Part shown: piece by piece, positions 1 through 11,584 of the stretch
Position numbering within the stretch: the stretch's first letter is position 1
Layout: the number at the start of each line of letters is the position of its first letter
Assembly (NCBI GenBank): GCA_013239625.1
Contig: MU054212.1
Location: 3,481,041-3,545,040, forward strand
Length of the DNA: 64,000 nucleotides
Source of the DNA: Lama guanicoe
Taxonomy: Eukaryota
Direction: 5' to 3'
Notes under the pieces: generated by a model
What the model was told of the DNA's origin: nothing
What the model saw: only the letters and a program-made list of their open reading frames with translations
The model's database searches: none
Translations under genes and position numbers: made by a program

Positions 1-60
1 TTTTTTTTAACATTTTTTATTGATTTATAATCATTTTACAATGTTGTGTCAAATTCCAGT
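1..60 (-). mobile_element. Short 5'-truncated L1 3' end (poly-A side at window start), camelid-type
   Basis: Poly-T followed by aacattttttattgatttataatcattttacaatgttgtgtcaaattccagt, resembling the recalled reverse complement of a camelid L1 3' terminus. Confidence 0.7.
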
Positions 61-584
61 AAGAATATGGGGTTCTTGTAAACATCTGGCAAACTTAATG
101 ATTTGGACATCCATTTATACGAAGACTGGTCCTGTTAAAAGTGCAGGATTGATCAATTAAAGGACACTGTCTCTCATCTTATCTTTCTAACACTATTTAA
201 ATGCAACTGATATCCTTCCTTGCCTTAGAGAGGGCTGATTCAGACAATTTGAGAGAAATAATTGTTCACCTGTAGAATGCATCTGTCAATGAGAGTCTCT
301 CCTTCTTTCTGTATAGTCATATTTTGTAGCCAAGAAGTTCTTTCATTTACTCCTTTTCCTTTCCTTTACTCCTGCTAAAATGAATCATTTTTTTTCTTTT
401 ATAGGTGCCAAAAATGTTAGCATTTCGAAGACCACCTTTTCACTGCTCTAACAGAACAGGGGTTGAAGCAGGGCAGGGAAAGTCCTATATAACCCACTCA
501 CCCACCCTCCCACCCCAAAAGGGAGTCCATTGGTTGAGAAGATAAAGTGGGTAGAGTCACCAAAGATATGAAAAGAAGGTTTCT

Positions 585-679
585 ACACAACATTGTAAAT
601 CAATTATACTTCAATTTAAAAAACTAACTAACTAACTAAATGCATAAAATTAGATGTTAAAAAAATAAATGAATAAATA
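585..679 (+). mobile_element. L1 3'-end stub with A-rich tail and 14-bp target-site duplication
   Basis: acacaacattgtaaatcaattatacttcaat plus A-rich tail. Identical aaaagaaggtttct flanks at 571-584 and 680-693. Confidence 0.85.
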
Positions 680-819
680 AAAAGAAGGTTTCTCTTCTCC
701 AGCAACATTTCTGAGGTTTTGGACTAACCTCCTATGTGGTCATCCTCAGGGCACGCTCTGGACCACACAAGCTCCTCCCACTGACTCTTCTCCTTACTAA
801 GCCACCTAAACTTCAGCGC

Positions 820-960
820 GAGCTTAGCAGAGCCTCAGTGCTTCCATTTTTTCAAAAAAAGCTAGTATTTTCTATGGGATGGGGTTGTTGTGGGCATGAA
901 ATGAGAAATACACAACACTTCACAGAAGGGGAGGCACATGGAGTTCCATAGAGCCATTAA
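820..960 (+). mobile_element. MIR SINE fragment
   Basis: gagcctcagt...ggggttgttgtgggcatgaaatgaga matches the MIR core. Confidence 0.6.
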
Positions 961-1009
961 ATTGCATTATTTTAACATATCTTGATAATCATCAATTCTG
1001 AGTAAAACT

Positions 1010-1170
1010 TTGCAAGGTAGCATTATTGCCTTCCTCTTTTATTGACCAGAAAACTAAGACAGAAAGAGGTCAGTTAATTTTCCCATGAATATACCAAGCT
1101 ACTGTCAGAACTGCTGGTGTTCAAACCCAGATCCATCTGACTTCCACGTCCATGCTCTTTCCACTGTCCT
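1010..1170 (-). mobile_element. MIR SINE fragment
   Basis: gaaaactaagacagaaagagg...ttcaaacccagatccatctgac...catgctctttccactg is the reverse MIR pattern. Confidence 0.7.
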
Positions 1171-3196
1171 GCAGCTGCGATATCAGGGCGGGTGGGTCTT
1201 AACACCTTTGGCCATCGCTCTGAGTTAGCACATGAGCTGTGTTCTCCCTGCCAAAGAGTGGGTCTTCAAGAAAAATGGGAGGCATACTACGAGCCAAAGC
1301 CCTTATGAGTATAGATGATGTGCAGTGAGCGCACTTGCCCCCTAGGAAGGCGAGAACAGTCAAAGGCTGAATTATCTGCAACATTCTATTTTTACATCCA
1401 AAGGGATTGCAGTCGACTCACGATGAACATTCAGATCTCATAATTCACCATGCTCTTTATTCTGTTTTTGGAAAGGCTTCCTGTTTCTGATTTGACAAGC
1501 CATCTGCCTTGTTAGTTTTCCTTCCTTTCTCAATTTTTTTTTTTACCTTTTAAAATAAACTCTAGAAGCAGCCCAAGGTAAAGCACAAAATAATAATAAT
1601 GAAGAAAAACAGGATTTATGGCTACAAATAGCCGTTCCTAGTGTTTTTAATTTGTCAGTTTGTTGGCTTGACTGAAAGTCCACTAAATAGGAACATAATT
1701 TCTATGCTACTGACTGCATGCAAATACAATTAGTCACTATTTCTTAATATGAAATTGCAAGATGGCTTACTTTTAGAAATCCAGAAGCAAATGTAATTAG
1801 ATATTGAAAACAGTTTGCATGTTCTGGTCAAATGTGTCAATAACTTTGATTAATACACTATTTTGTAATTGTCAAAGCATTTTCATATATATCATTAGAT
1901 TTAATCCTCACATCTACCTACCCTGGGAATAAATTATGTTGTAGCTGAGGATGTATTGGGTGGACTGTATTTGGTAAAAGTTCTACAGATTCTGCCAAGC
2001 AATCCTGTCCCTTTGGTTAAGCATTGGGATTACAGGAATCTACATACATCTCCTAATCTGTCACATGGCCATGGCTGGAAAACTGACAGCCACAGGGAGA
2101 AATAAAAAAATGAAACAAAACAGAACCTGCTTCTTCTTGGTAAACACTTGCATTTTAAGTGCATTCCATTATCTCTGAAGTTCTGTCTTTGACCTTTTCA
2201 GACTCCCCAGGAACTTGATGGGAATGGAAACCATCATATAGCACGGTGTGAGATGCCTTAGGCAACTTGCTTAATATTTAAAGGCTGAAAAATAATTACT
2301 TTGGCCTCAGTATAAGCAGGTTTTTTTTTTTTTACTTGTATCCCTTGTGACCAATGAGCAAATTACTTTATTAGGAAATCATTAGAGCATAATTTGCTTC
2401 TATATGCTACTGACATCAATTTTCATTTCCTGTAATGAAACTACATGTTCTCATGATATATTATTATTGTAAATACTAGGCTGCCAGATATTGATTCGAA
2501 ATTGTCATTAACCCTAACACTTACGCCTTTCTTAAAAAGTGTATGGGTTTACAAAGTTTGTGTCACATTTCGGTCTCCTTCACCTTACTTATACACAAAA
2601 TGCTCTTTCCAAAGATAGACAGAGTTGAGCCTCAAAATAAAATTTCCGTAAACATTTCCCATTGTGTTGTCTTGTTTTAATTCTTGAAAGACGTAAAAGC
2701 CCTGCTGAATTGGTTTGGACCGCTGACACAGGAAATAGGATCTGAGCAAAGGCAAAGTCACAGAGTTTCAGAAGGTCAGAATAATATGGGAAGTGTGTAA
2801 GCATTTTACAAGAAAGGCCTGGCATCAAGACTTTTAGAAGACAAGGATGCCCAGAACCCAGGTTGAAACTTCCGGTTAGAATCCTAGTCTTGTCATCAAA
2901 CACATGCCTGAAAAGACAAATATGAACGAGGAAAATGGAAGTATTGTAAACCCCGTTCTCTGCTTCTAAAGATGAGGGAAGCTAGGGTAACTGACAGGCA
3001 TCCAGCAGCTGTCAGCTGGGCTGGAACTCAACTCCGAGGTCCACTCGAAGAAACTCTCGTCCCCAGCCCCTGCGAGTGCCCGGCGGACAAAGGTACTGGC
3101 AGCCTGACCACCACCTGAGAGCTGTAACATAGTCTACACATTAAAAAATCACCTAAGCAGTTTCTTGGGTTTTGGTTTTCTTTTGTTTCTTTAAAG

Positions 3197-6100
3197 AGGG
3201 CTTCCACTTCTGGCCACAATGGGACAATTGGTATTGAACTTATTCTACGGTCGTGAATACGTGTAAAACTGGACCGAGTACAGGAGACAGCCATTTTTAG
3301 GTATTCGACAGTGTCAGAAGATCGTAGTATTTGAGAGAATGAAAATACAAGAGATGCGATCCATTTTGCCCCAGTTTTTGCCTGGCGCTACTTTCCCAGT
3401 CTCAGTACAGGGCAGCAGAGTCCCAGCAGCGAGATCTAGGGGTCAGAGGTGAGGAGGGAAGATGAAGATGGCAGCCTGGTGCTGCTGAGGCCATGGGGAT
3501 TTGTGGAGCAGGGTACAAGACAGGAGGGGACTGCACAGACGGTGGCCCCAAAGGATGGCGTGGGGTTTCCTGTAAGACCCCAGCTGAAAGCTGCTCTCTG
3601 CCTGTGCGGGGGGCGCCTGGCAGGCCTGGCAGACGGCAGGTGCTGCAGCGCCAAGAGCCGCCCAGGGACACCGGACGCCTGGCGCTGCTGGGGGGAGTCA
3701 GCGGTCTGGCCCGGCTAGACAAGTGGTGAGTTGCGTTCTGGTAGCTGGTTAGCTTGCTGTTGTATCCCAGTGAACCTGTGAGGCTTGGTTTTATCTTCAG
3801 TTAAACTAGATCTACACTGTTTTATTTTCTTTGTCCTAAACTACAGTCCTTACTCTAAGGCATAGTCCTTACTCTCGTTACACGGCCTTTCTGGGTCTCA
3901 ACTGAGGGCCCAGCAGTCAGAGAAAACCACATCTTAGGCCCATCACAGGCAGATTGTGGAAAACAAAAGATGAACGGAAGATCTTAAAAGCGGAGGAAAA
4001 ACACACGTCATATCCAGATGACCAGGGAGGCAAGTGATGGCTGACTTCCACTGGATGTAGTGACAGCCTGTGAAACAGCGCATGCAAAGCACTGGGGAGA
4101 AAAACGGTCAAGCCAGAAATCTCTCCTTCCATAATGAGGGTGGAACAAAAAGATACTCGCTTCAACGGTTTCTCAGAAAATTTGCCGCCAGCAAACCTGC
4201 ACTACAGGAAGTGCTGAAGGAAGTTCTTCAGGCTGAAGGCAAACATTATCAGATGGAAACTTATGACTGTTAGGAAGAAAATTAATTAAGTTATAACTAA
4301 GTAAGAAAAACTAAGAGAAACAGTCGATATATGGGCAAATGAAAAGGACTATTTCAAATAAGAATTAATAACATCTATTATATGTATATAGAAATAGAAT
4401 ATTGACAACAAAAGCACCAAAGACAAGAGATAGATTAGAAATTACATTTCTTAGGTCCTTACATTTTACACAAACTAGTACAATATTAATTTTAAGTAGA
4501 CAGTGAGTTCAGGATGTGCATTGTAATTCCTCAATAGCACAAAAAACTATACAAGAAATATAACTAAAAACGCAATGGAAGAAACAAAGCATAATACTAA
4601 ATGTGTTTCTTTTGAGACAATTGACACTTTATCCAGAGAACAGACATTGAAAATGAACATAAATTAAAGATAATGCTTTGATATCAAACTAGAATAACTC
4701 TGCCTTTGGCTCTTATATTGAATCTTTAAAAACACAATAGAAGAAACAGAATATCATACTAAATGTAGAGAGAAAGAGATAAGACAGAGAGAAAGCAGAC
4801 AAAACGTTGGTAAAATTAATCCAAGTGTAGCAGCAATTACATTTAATGTAAATGGGCTAAGTACTCCAATTTAAACAGCATTACCTAACCTCATGCTCTC
4901 TGTAAGAGATGCACTTTAATGACACTGATAGCTTAGAATTAAAAAGGTAGAAAATGGCTTAGAATGTGAATAGTAAATACAAACAGTAAGCATAAGAAAG
5001 TTGATGTTTGTTTGATGTCAAATAAAGTAGATTTCAATAGAAAGAGTAATACTGGTGATAAAGAATGTCATTTTATGTTGATGAAATGATCAGTTCATTA
5101 GAAAGATACTGTAATCCAAATGTGTGTTACCTACTAACAGCTCTAAAATACATGAAGCAAAGTCCTGATAGAACTAAAAGGAGAAATAGATAAATTCATA
5201 ATTACGTTTGGAAATTTTATATAAGGTTTTATACTAATTAATAGAAAAATCTCCAAAAATGTAAGGACACAGAAGGTTTGCCAACACAATAAACTAACCT
5301 GACCTAGTGGGTATTTATAGTGGTACCCCAACAATTGCAGAGTGCACACTTAACAGTTTTCAAGGTACAACTTACCATGGGCCATAAAATAAGTATCAGT
5401 AAGTTCCAATGAATGAAATAGTACAGAATATTTTATCTGACTGAAGCAGAATAATATTAGATAACAATGATAAGTTATCTAGAAAACCCTTACATTTTTT
5501 GAAAACGAAACAGGAAACTTCTAAGGAGTGATTAATTTTTGTTGAACCCAGGACCTCTGTGCTCTGCCACTGAGCTCTGCCCACTGCCTGAAAGAAGAAA
5601 TCTCTAACCAACTCAAGAACAAAAGAAAAAATTAAGAAATTAGAAAACATTTTGAACTGAATGATAAACATAACATGTCTATTGGGGACCCAATTAGAAT
5701 AGTGCCTAGAAATTTGCTTTAAATGCATTTATAATAATAAAAATCACTTGAAGTCAAATATCTAAGTTGATACATGGAGAATCTAGTAAAAAGAAGAGAA
5801 AACCAAACCCTAAGTTGAAGGAAGTGAAAAATAAAGAGAGGAGCAGAAATAAACAACAAAAAATTTTACGTCAAAATTTGATTCTTCGAACAGCTCAACA
5901 AAATGGATACATCTTTGAAAGACTAGCAAGAAAAAACGAGGAACTACCTAGTAACGATATGAACATCAATACAGATCCCACAGACATTAAAAATAATAAG
6001 GGAGATTTTATTAAAAACTTTACGCCAATACATTCAAGTATTTAGGTGAAAAGGAAAAATTAATTGAAAAACGCAACTTTTGAAATCTGGCATAAAAATG

Positions 6101-6950
6101 GAAAACAGAATAGTTCTTTATATATTAAAGAAATCTAGTTTATGTTAATAAAGGAAAGAACCCACTGAGAAGAGAACTCCAAGCCTTGACAGGTTCACTG
6201 GTGAATGCTCTCAGGCATTTAAGGAAGAAATACTACTACACACGGCAAAAAAATCTTTCAGAAACTAGAGCTGATGGGAGCACATCCCAGCTTATCTTAT
6301 GAGGTCATCATAATTACAGGCTAATATTACTCAGGAGCATAGATGCAAAAATTATTAGCAAAATACTCTTGAATTGAATACTAAAATAGCTGAAAACAGG
6401 GTAATTCTCTATGTCTAACTGAGGCTTGTCACAGGAATGTAAAACGGTTTGTTATTTAAAAAAATCGTTCAATACATCTATATTTTACCATTTTAACAGG
6501 AAAGAGAAAGATCTTATAACTACCTCAACTGATAAAAGAAAAGCATTTGACAAAATTAAAGACTTATTCCTGTAAAGACAACAAGCTAAGATTGGAGATG
6601 AATTTATCAATCAGATAAAGACAATCTATGAAACACATACAGCTGACATCACACTAAGTGGTGACATATTTTAACACTTTCTTCCCAAAAGTAAGGTAAG
6701 AAAGTTCATTGAAAATCAATATATTTCTATGTTCCAGGAAAAAAACTATTGGAACATAAAAACAAAATATCATTTACCACAGTATCAAAAAATAAAATAA
6801 TTCAAAGTGAAAAATTGGACCTCTCAATTAGACAGAATCTGCTTATCAAAAGACACGACAAAGAAAATATGAAAGGCAATCAACAGACTGAGAAAAAAAT
6901 TTAGCTAAAAATAAAAAGATTGACTACATCAAATATAAAAACCATCTGCA
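3197..6950 (+). mobile_element. Old, internally deleted L1 (L1M-type): 5' UTR, end of ORF1, decayed ORF2
   Basis: 5' start gcttccacttctggcc. ORF1 C-terminus LRKFAASKPALQEVLKEVLQAEGK (ORF 4070-4273). ORF2 remnants include ttaatgtaaatgggctaa (LNVNGL) and INTDPTDIK, with many stops and frameshifts. Confidence 0.9.
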
Positions 6951-7136
6951 AACATTTGTCAATACTCACAGACATACCCTTAAGATGAATGCAATTCACT
7001 CTATGTAAAAAATGTTTAAGTACGTTGCATTTCAGCCTTTAAATTAAAAACAAATTGTAACATTGATTCCATAGCTTCCTTCATCCTCTCCCCTTCCTCA
7101 GATTCTGAGTAGACAGTTGTAGGGTTAGACCACAGC

Positions 7137-7283
7137 CAAGATTGGCTACATCATTTGCAGGGACCAGAACAAAGTGAAATCATGGTACCTTTTTTTAGAA
7201 TTATTGAGATTTCAAGACAGCAACAACAGAGCATTTAATTAAGCAAGGAGCTGTACAGGTGGCATCCTGTGAAGCCAGTCCTG
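7137..7283 (-). mobile_element. MER45A-like hAT-Tip100 MITE, nested in a MER5-like remnant (~7090-7350)
   Basis: gatttcaagacagcaacaacagagcatt...gaagccagtcctg matches reverse MER45A. Imperfect 8-bp TSD accacagc/gccacaga. Confidence 0.75.
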
Positions 7284-8749
7284 GCCACAGAGATGGTACT
7301 TTTTAAAAAGTTCTTCTATTGATTCTCATGAGAGAACTGGTTTGAGATCCACATGTAGCACACTGACCTGCAGATTCACTTGGAGTGGTCTGTGTATCAG
7401 TACAAATTTCAACATTTATGAATTTGACTAGTATATATAGGTTAACTATATTTTTAAAGATTAAGATATTATTATAATCAATAAAATATAATTTTTAATA
7501 TTGCTAATAGCTTTCAAATGCCATTATACATTTTGCCATTATGTACAAATAAATTCTAAAAGCACAACTGCCTTATGTTCAAAGAGAATATTCACCTTTA
7601 AAAAGTTTGGGATTCACTTCTTTGCATATTACCTTTTACCACACCTAAGCACTTTTTCATACACACTTTCTTCTGATTGTGAGCATATTAGTAAGGATAG
7701 AGTTTCTTCTCCACTAAAATCCCATTCACTATTAATACAACTCAAAAATTTCATGGATTATATGCTAATGATTTATTTTCAAAATGAAATTCTTGATAGT
7801 TTACATTTTAGCCAAAAGGCAACTGCAAAACCCTGAATGCTCTAGATAAGCAGGTAACAGGAAACTTAGAAAACTGTGGGTTAGGAAAGTGATACAATGA
7901 CAGGAAAAGTTAGCTCAAGAAAAGCAATGTCCCAGGTTACTATTATTTCAATAATTTAACATATACAAGTTATTTGTTAAGTAAAAATGTATTAGAAATG
8001 TTTAATACAAGTTTAATAAATCTGTATAGTTCACAAGCATGTATTAAATCATTTCAAGTGGCTAAAAAAGAAAACCGGGAGCTTACGCAAATTCTTTTTC
8101 TGTAAACACAGCCATTTTCTCATTCAACACTGTTTTTCAGCCGTCTGTGATATGTCTGGCATTGTTATGGGCCTAGGGTTTTGTCAGTAAGTAACGTAAC
8201 ACCTTCCCGCCATAGAATTCATTCTGGTGAAGGGCTTAAAGATGGTTGGTAAAGCTTAATGAGGTATTCACACTACTGAGTCCTAGTGCTTGTGGAAATA
8301 ATTTAAATGGAAAGTTGTACTTCTGGTACAAATACCAGTTCAGGGAACCCAAAGTGAAAGAAAAATAGGTAACACTCAGGAGAGGCTCATATAAAGTTCT
8401 GGAACTCAAAAAGTTTGGAAAAAGAGAGACTAAACCAAAAAAAATTTTGATTTTTGAATAATTAATCAAGATTATAGATAATAACTAATGCAAACAGATT
8501 CCACGGGGCAAATGAAAATTAAGGCAGGATAACATGTACTAGATGTTGGGCATGTTGGGAAAAGTGAATCCTAGGAATAATCAATTTCCTTTGAAAATAT
8601 TGGAAATCCTATTTGTGTGATTAGCATACAGCCTGGAACATTCTGGAGAACTGATGCAATGGGGAACAGATGAGTGGGTTGTTTTCTAATTGAAAGGTTT
8701 TACTATGCAAAATTGTTTTTAATCTTAGGAAAATTTATATGGTATCAAA

Positions 8750-9250
8750 ATTGTTAATATTTGAGTACTCACCATATTCTAGGCACTATGATAACTGATT
8801 TATGCACATTATCTTTTTTTCATTCTTTTGACAGTCTATGGACTAAGTTTTACTTTCCTCACTTTCGAGACAAGGAAATTGAGGATTAGGAAAATTGTTT
8901 ACCCCTGATCACAAAGCTAGGAAATGCGAGACCCAGATTATTGTGACATGAAAGCACAATGTCATAGGTTATAGTTACATGCTCATTAGGGACTGTTGTC
9001 AATGACATACATTCTTCTGTTCATGCAGTTAATATTTAATTGAGCAACTACTATATAGTAAGCAAAGTGCTTTGCATTCTATTCTATACTCATTTAACCC
9101 TTATGACAACTAGGAGAAACACTTGTCATCATCCCAACTTTACAGATAAGAAATTGGCTAAAAGAGGGTGTGACTTCCTAGGGTCTATGGATAGTAAACA
9201 GCAGAGCCTGGTTTCAGCCCAAGACCTGGGACTGAATACTTCCTAGCTTA
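8750..9250 (-). mobile_element. Two MIR fragments (~8750-8960 and ~9030-9250)
   Basis: gacaaggaaattgaggattagg and ctttacagataagaaattggctaaaagagg are reverse MIR cores. Confidence 0.6.
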
Positions 9251-9549
9251 TCAATACATCAAACATTTTCATTAAGTCACATTTCTTCCCTTACTCAGAT
9301 AGTATTAAGAGGAAAGAGAGGGAAAGTAACTTCTCTTACTTTCCTGTCAAATTGTGCCCTGGGTCATGTTTAATGATTTACCTCAACTTCCTCTTTGTGT
9401 ACTTGTCTTCCCATTTTTCTTGCATGGCTCTGAAAGGCAAAGGTCATGCCTCCCGCATCTCTGCATCCCAGTGTCTGACACATGAACAGGCACATGGCTG
9501 TTCCAAAACTCACGTTTCATGACTGAATGCATTTGGTGAATTTTCCTAG

Positions 9550-9912
9550 TTTAAAAATTACCAGAAAAGGTAGGTGAATACATGTGTCTGGAATAGCTGA
9601 GTTTTTGTTTATCTGGTATCTGAAGAAGACAGACACCTAGAATATAAATTAGTAATACAAGCTGATCATTTAAAGAGGAAAAACAAAGACTCAATGAAAG
9701 GAAATACAGACTAACGTCCAAGCTGATTTCAAGAGTGGTCCCAGGAGCCCAGAGATAAATGGGCATTTATAGGAAACATTTCTGAGGTAGTTACGCTGGC
9801 TCTCCTTTCCTCCAGGAAGATGGCACAAGGGGACAGGGTGCAGGAGGTGCATGTGGTCTGGATTTCCTGCTTGCCTTTCTCTCTGGGGCACTCATCAATT
9901 TTGTGAGCTACA
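9550..9912 (+). mobile_element. Putative 5' LTR remnant of the Gypsy fossil (MamGypLTR-like)
   Basis: Ends in ...tttgtgagctaca, like the recalled MamGypLTR 3' terminus, and lies directly upstream of a PBS-like motif and gag. The left boundary is uncertain. Confidence 0.45.
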
Positions 9913-9921
9913 AATGCAAGC

Positions 9922-9942
9922 TGGTGTCTCTGAAGAGAGGGT
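9922..9942 (+). other. Degenerate primer-binding site (tRNA-Leu-like)
   Basis: tggtgtctctgaagagagggt versus the Gypsy PBS type TGGTGTCAGAAGTGGGAT, starting 9 nt after the LTR-terminal CA. Confidence 0.4.
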
Positions 9943-10349
9943 GAAAAGGTGAAGAGGACTGAGGAATGCCTTTCACTACTCTCATGAAATACGAAAGCTC
10001 AGAAGAAGAAGGTTCTGGGGCGAAAGCAGGAAGAGAAATGGGTGTCAAATGTTGTTGCCTTAAAAGTGTAACATTGAAGAAAAAGAATGTTCTAACATAG
10101 CATCTTCTTATAGATGGTAATTCCTGGCACACTAACTATAAAAAGTGTCACAGACTGAAACAAGCAAACAAGAATAAAGTGGTTACTAGTGCTGAGAAAT
10201 CCAAAGGTAATCTAAGTGCAGGGAGCAGTAAAGGTTAGAGGCAAAAATTATTCTCATGTTAGACTGTAAGCCCTTTGAGGGCAGAAACCATAACATAACA
10301 ACTTTCTGTTTCAAATTGCTGGCGCATTGCCCAACACATCCAACATAAA

Positions 10350-10375
10350 CGCACACACACGCACACACACACACA
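10350..10375. repeat. (CA)n microsatellite
   Basis: gcacacacacgcacacacacacaca. Confidence 0.9.
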
Positions 10376-11014
10376 TCCAAACAGGAATCTGGAGACACGG
10401 TAGATATCTTTGAAGTACAAAACAGACTTTCCCCGAGAGAGTAGGAGCTTTCTTAAGGTGAGAGAAATAGCCTCTCCTATCAGAAAGAACCAATCAACAG
10501 CTACAAATGAAAAGGAAAGTAGTGAACTTGAGCAACGCCTAGTGAATGATGACAGCCCCAAGAGTGTGAAGTCAGTGGTGTGTTGAGAAGGACCCGACAC
10601 AGAGAGCCAACAACAGATGGTCCTTCTGAAGACTCGGAGCCCAGACGCAGAGAGCCGATATTATAAGAATCGATGACCAGAGCGTGAAAAGGGGCAAGAA
10701 AAAGCAAGCATACAAAAGTATGCGGAAGAGAGAACGTACAATTGAGTTCGTAAGGGATTAATCGAATAAACTGCAGAGTTTGCATTTTTTTTGCAACAAA
10801 TAATTGAGCAAATTAAAGCAAGAAATCAAAACACAGAAAATCACTATTAAGGCACTAAACACGTCAACCCTGTCTAACGAAATATTACTGACCATCAGCG
10901 AGGACACCCAAGTTTCACTGATTACCAAACTGCAGCTGACAGCAGATGGCATGGGTTCCATAAGTTTTTGGAAAATAAGTAAAGCTATAATTAATAATAA
11001 TAAATTTAACCATA

Positions 11015-11133
11015 CAGGTCTTCCTCACCTACGATGCTGCTATGTCCTGAAAGACCCGTCGTAAGTTAAAAATGTGAAGTCGGAATACATTTCACACGCC
11101 TAACCTACTGAACACCATGGCGTAGCCTAGCCT
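11015..11133 (+). mobile_element. MER47A/Tigger5-like DNA transposon fragment
   Basis: caggtcttcctcacctacgatg...cccgtcgtaagtt...cctaacctactgaacaccatggcgtagcctagcct. Confidence 0.75.
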
Positions 11134-11310
11134 ACAAACTAGGAATGTATAAAGTAAGTTACAAAGATACATTGTATAATGCGGGAACTAGAGCCAATAT
11201 TTTATAATAACTATCAATGGAGCATAACCTTAAAAAACTGTGAATCGCTGTATCGCATTACCTGTAACATATAATAATGTACATCAACTCTAATTCAATA
11301 AAATAAATAG
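11134..11310 (+). mobile_element. L1 3' UTR end (Laurasiatherian type)
   Basis: gccaatattttataataactatcaatggag...aactgtgaatcgctg...tgtacatcaactctaattcaataaaataaata. Confidence 0.8.
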
Positions 11311-11584
11311 GTCATAAAATTAACTGCCTCCCCAAAGTCAAGAATTCTGTTACATCAAAAGACAGAACTGAGTCATTCCAAAATGAGTTGGAAAGAATAA
11401 AATGAAGATCAGAGCGATTTTTCCTGTAGGCGTAAGAGCCTGGAGTGAGTACCAGACTAAGAGAGGGTGGCAACACCGACCCAAAGTACAGCGAGAAGGG
11501 AGTTACCTCAGACAAAAATGCCGTGATCTGACAGAGAGAGACAGAGACACAGAGAGAGACCTACAGAGACAGAGACAGGGAAAC

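Larger units (their letters stand above)
10038..11584 (+). pseudogene. Decayed Gypsy gag of the PNMA type (N-terminal domain, capsid, zinc-knuckle remnant)
   Basis: Collinear motifs HLLIDG (10101), GAVKVRGK (10222), SELEQRL (10521), PDTESQQQM (10593), AESRYYK..REKGQEKASIQKY, VRKGLI, GTKHVNPV (10851), DHQRGHPSFTD (10890) and RFFL*A*EPG (11415). The capsid part 10383-10980 is one frame with 7 stops. Interrupted by (CA)n, a Tigger MITE and an L1 stub. Confidence 0.7.

Noticed and set aside
3197..6950. Active full-length L1
   Set aside because: Numerous stops, frameshifts and large deletions.
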